DNA of 54,777 bases, from the NCBI GenBank assembly GCA_012512925.1, contig JAAZDE010000151.1, positions 1 to 54,777 on the forward strand. Direction: 5' to 3'. The stretch is from Desulfuromonadaceae bacterium. Lineage in GTDB: Bacteria; Desulfobacterota; Desulfuromonadia; Desulfuromonadales; JAAYDE01. Shown here piece after piece: positions 53,871 to 54,777 of the stretch. Below the pieces are notes generated by a model. That model searched no databases and was not told where the DNA came from. It worked only from the letters and a program-made list of their open reading frames with translations. The stretch's first letter is position 1. Every line of letters starts with the position of its first letter. Both the position numbers and the translations under genes were made by a program.

Positions 53871-54777
53871 CTACTGGCCCGCCGCCAGAACATTCAGGGT
53901 CATGGCCACCAGGAAATGGATTCCACGCTCCAGGGCCTGATCATTGAAGTTGAAATAGGGGCTGTGCAGGGAAGGAGATGATTCCCCCATCCCGAGGCGG
54001 AACATGGCCCCCGGAGCCTGTTGCAGGAAATAGGAAAAATCCTCGCTGCCCATGGAAGGGGAAGGAATGTCCAGCCAGCTGTTTTCGCCGAAGGTTTCCG
54101 TCGTCAGCTTTCTGGCCTGGGCTACCAGGGCGGCGTCATTGTGGGTGGCGGGGTAGTCGCGGCTGTACTCCAGTTGGTAGCCGGCCCCCATCGCCAGGCA
54201 GGTCCCCTTGACCAGATTCTCCAGATGTTCCGCCGCCCGCTCCCCGATCTCAGGCTTCAGGTAGCGGACCGTTCCTTCCACCGTCGCTGTCTCGGGAATG
54301 ACATTGACCTCACTGCCACCGCGAAAGCGTCCCACTGAGACAACCACCGGTTCCACGGCGGCGATGCGGTGGCCCGGGATGCACTGCAGGGCCTCCACGA
54401 TGCGGGCGCCGATGAGGATCGGATCGATCGATTTCTCAGGCATCGAACCATGCGCCCCCTTCCCCTTGACGGTGATGCGGAACATGTCGGCGGCGGCCAT
54501 CATGGGGCCGGGCCGCGAGCCCACCACGCCGGCGCCGATGCCCGGCCAACCGTGGATGGCCAGGACCGCTTTGGGGCAAGGATCGGCGAGGATCCCTTTG
54601 GCGACCAGGTCACGGGCGCCGGCGACGATTTCTTCGCCAGGCTGAAAAACAAAACGCACCGTGCCCTCAATGGAATCGCGCAACCGGGAAAGCACCGCAG
54701 CGGCGCCGATCAACATGGCGCTGTGGCCGTCGTGGCCACAGGCATGGCTGACCCCTTCCACACGGGAGCGGTAGGGA
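53871..54777 (-). CDS. M20D family amidohydrolase (5' end outside window)
   Basis: HACGHDGH, FQPGEE, GKGAHGSMP, SMGSEDFSYF, LHSPYF. The frame stays open to the window edge (PYRSRVEG...). Confidence 0.9.
   Translation of the reverse strand, partial: PYRSRVEGVSHACGHDGHSAMLIGAAAVLSRLRDSIEGTVRFVFQPGEEIVAGARDLVAKGILADPCPKAVLAIHGWPGIGAGVVGSRPGPMMAAADMFRITVKGKGAHGSMPEKSIDPILIGARIVEALQCIPGHRIAAVEPVVVSVGRFRGGSEVNVIPETATVEGTVRYLKPEIGERAAEHLENLVKGTCLAMGAGYQLEYSRDYPATHNDAALVAQARKLTTETFGENSWLDIPSPSMGSEDFSYFLQQAPGAMFRLGMGESSPSLHSPYFNFNDQALERGIHFLVAMTLNVLAAGQ

Overview
Origin-proximal chromosome segment of an anaerobic Gram-negative bacterium. The gene order and split atp operon suggest Desulfobacterota/Desulfuromonadales (inference). 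Bases 1-15.1 kb hold the conserved rpmH-rnpA-yidD-yidC-mnmE-(parS)-mnmG-rsmG-parA-parB-bactofilin block followed by atpF'-F-H-A-G-D-C. Convergent with it is a complete Na+-NQR operon (nqrA-F) trailed by an NqrM-like Cys-rich membrane peptide and two CBS proteins. Next come arfB, a tripartite RND pump, a CxC-type rubredoxin behind a Fur-like box, an ORFan, a HIT/short asparaginase/metallophosphoesterase trio, a hybrid PAS/GAF kinase with a REC-GGDEF partner, and a rubredoxin-ferredoxin-lipB-lipA-trxB-cls operon. The window ends with DUF362, DUF4911, ald, NUDIX, LOG, a YeeE/YedE pair and a partial M20D amidohydrolase. Two items stand out. (1) 43517-47918: an SPFH membrane protein directly upstream of a 1109-aa protein that fuses two Cdc48/FtsH-class AAA+ modules to a Lon-type Ser-Lys protease domain, a candidate new membrane-scaffolded ATP-dependent protease. 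(2) 38664-38822: an unannotated 52-codon membrane-peptide gene with an in-frame UGA, a SECIS-like hairpin and a terminator after the read-through stop, a candidate novel U-x4-C selenoprotein. No rRNA, tRNA, CRISPR array or mobile element was recognised. All calls come from reading motifs by eye; no database search was run.
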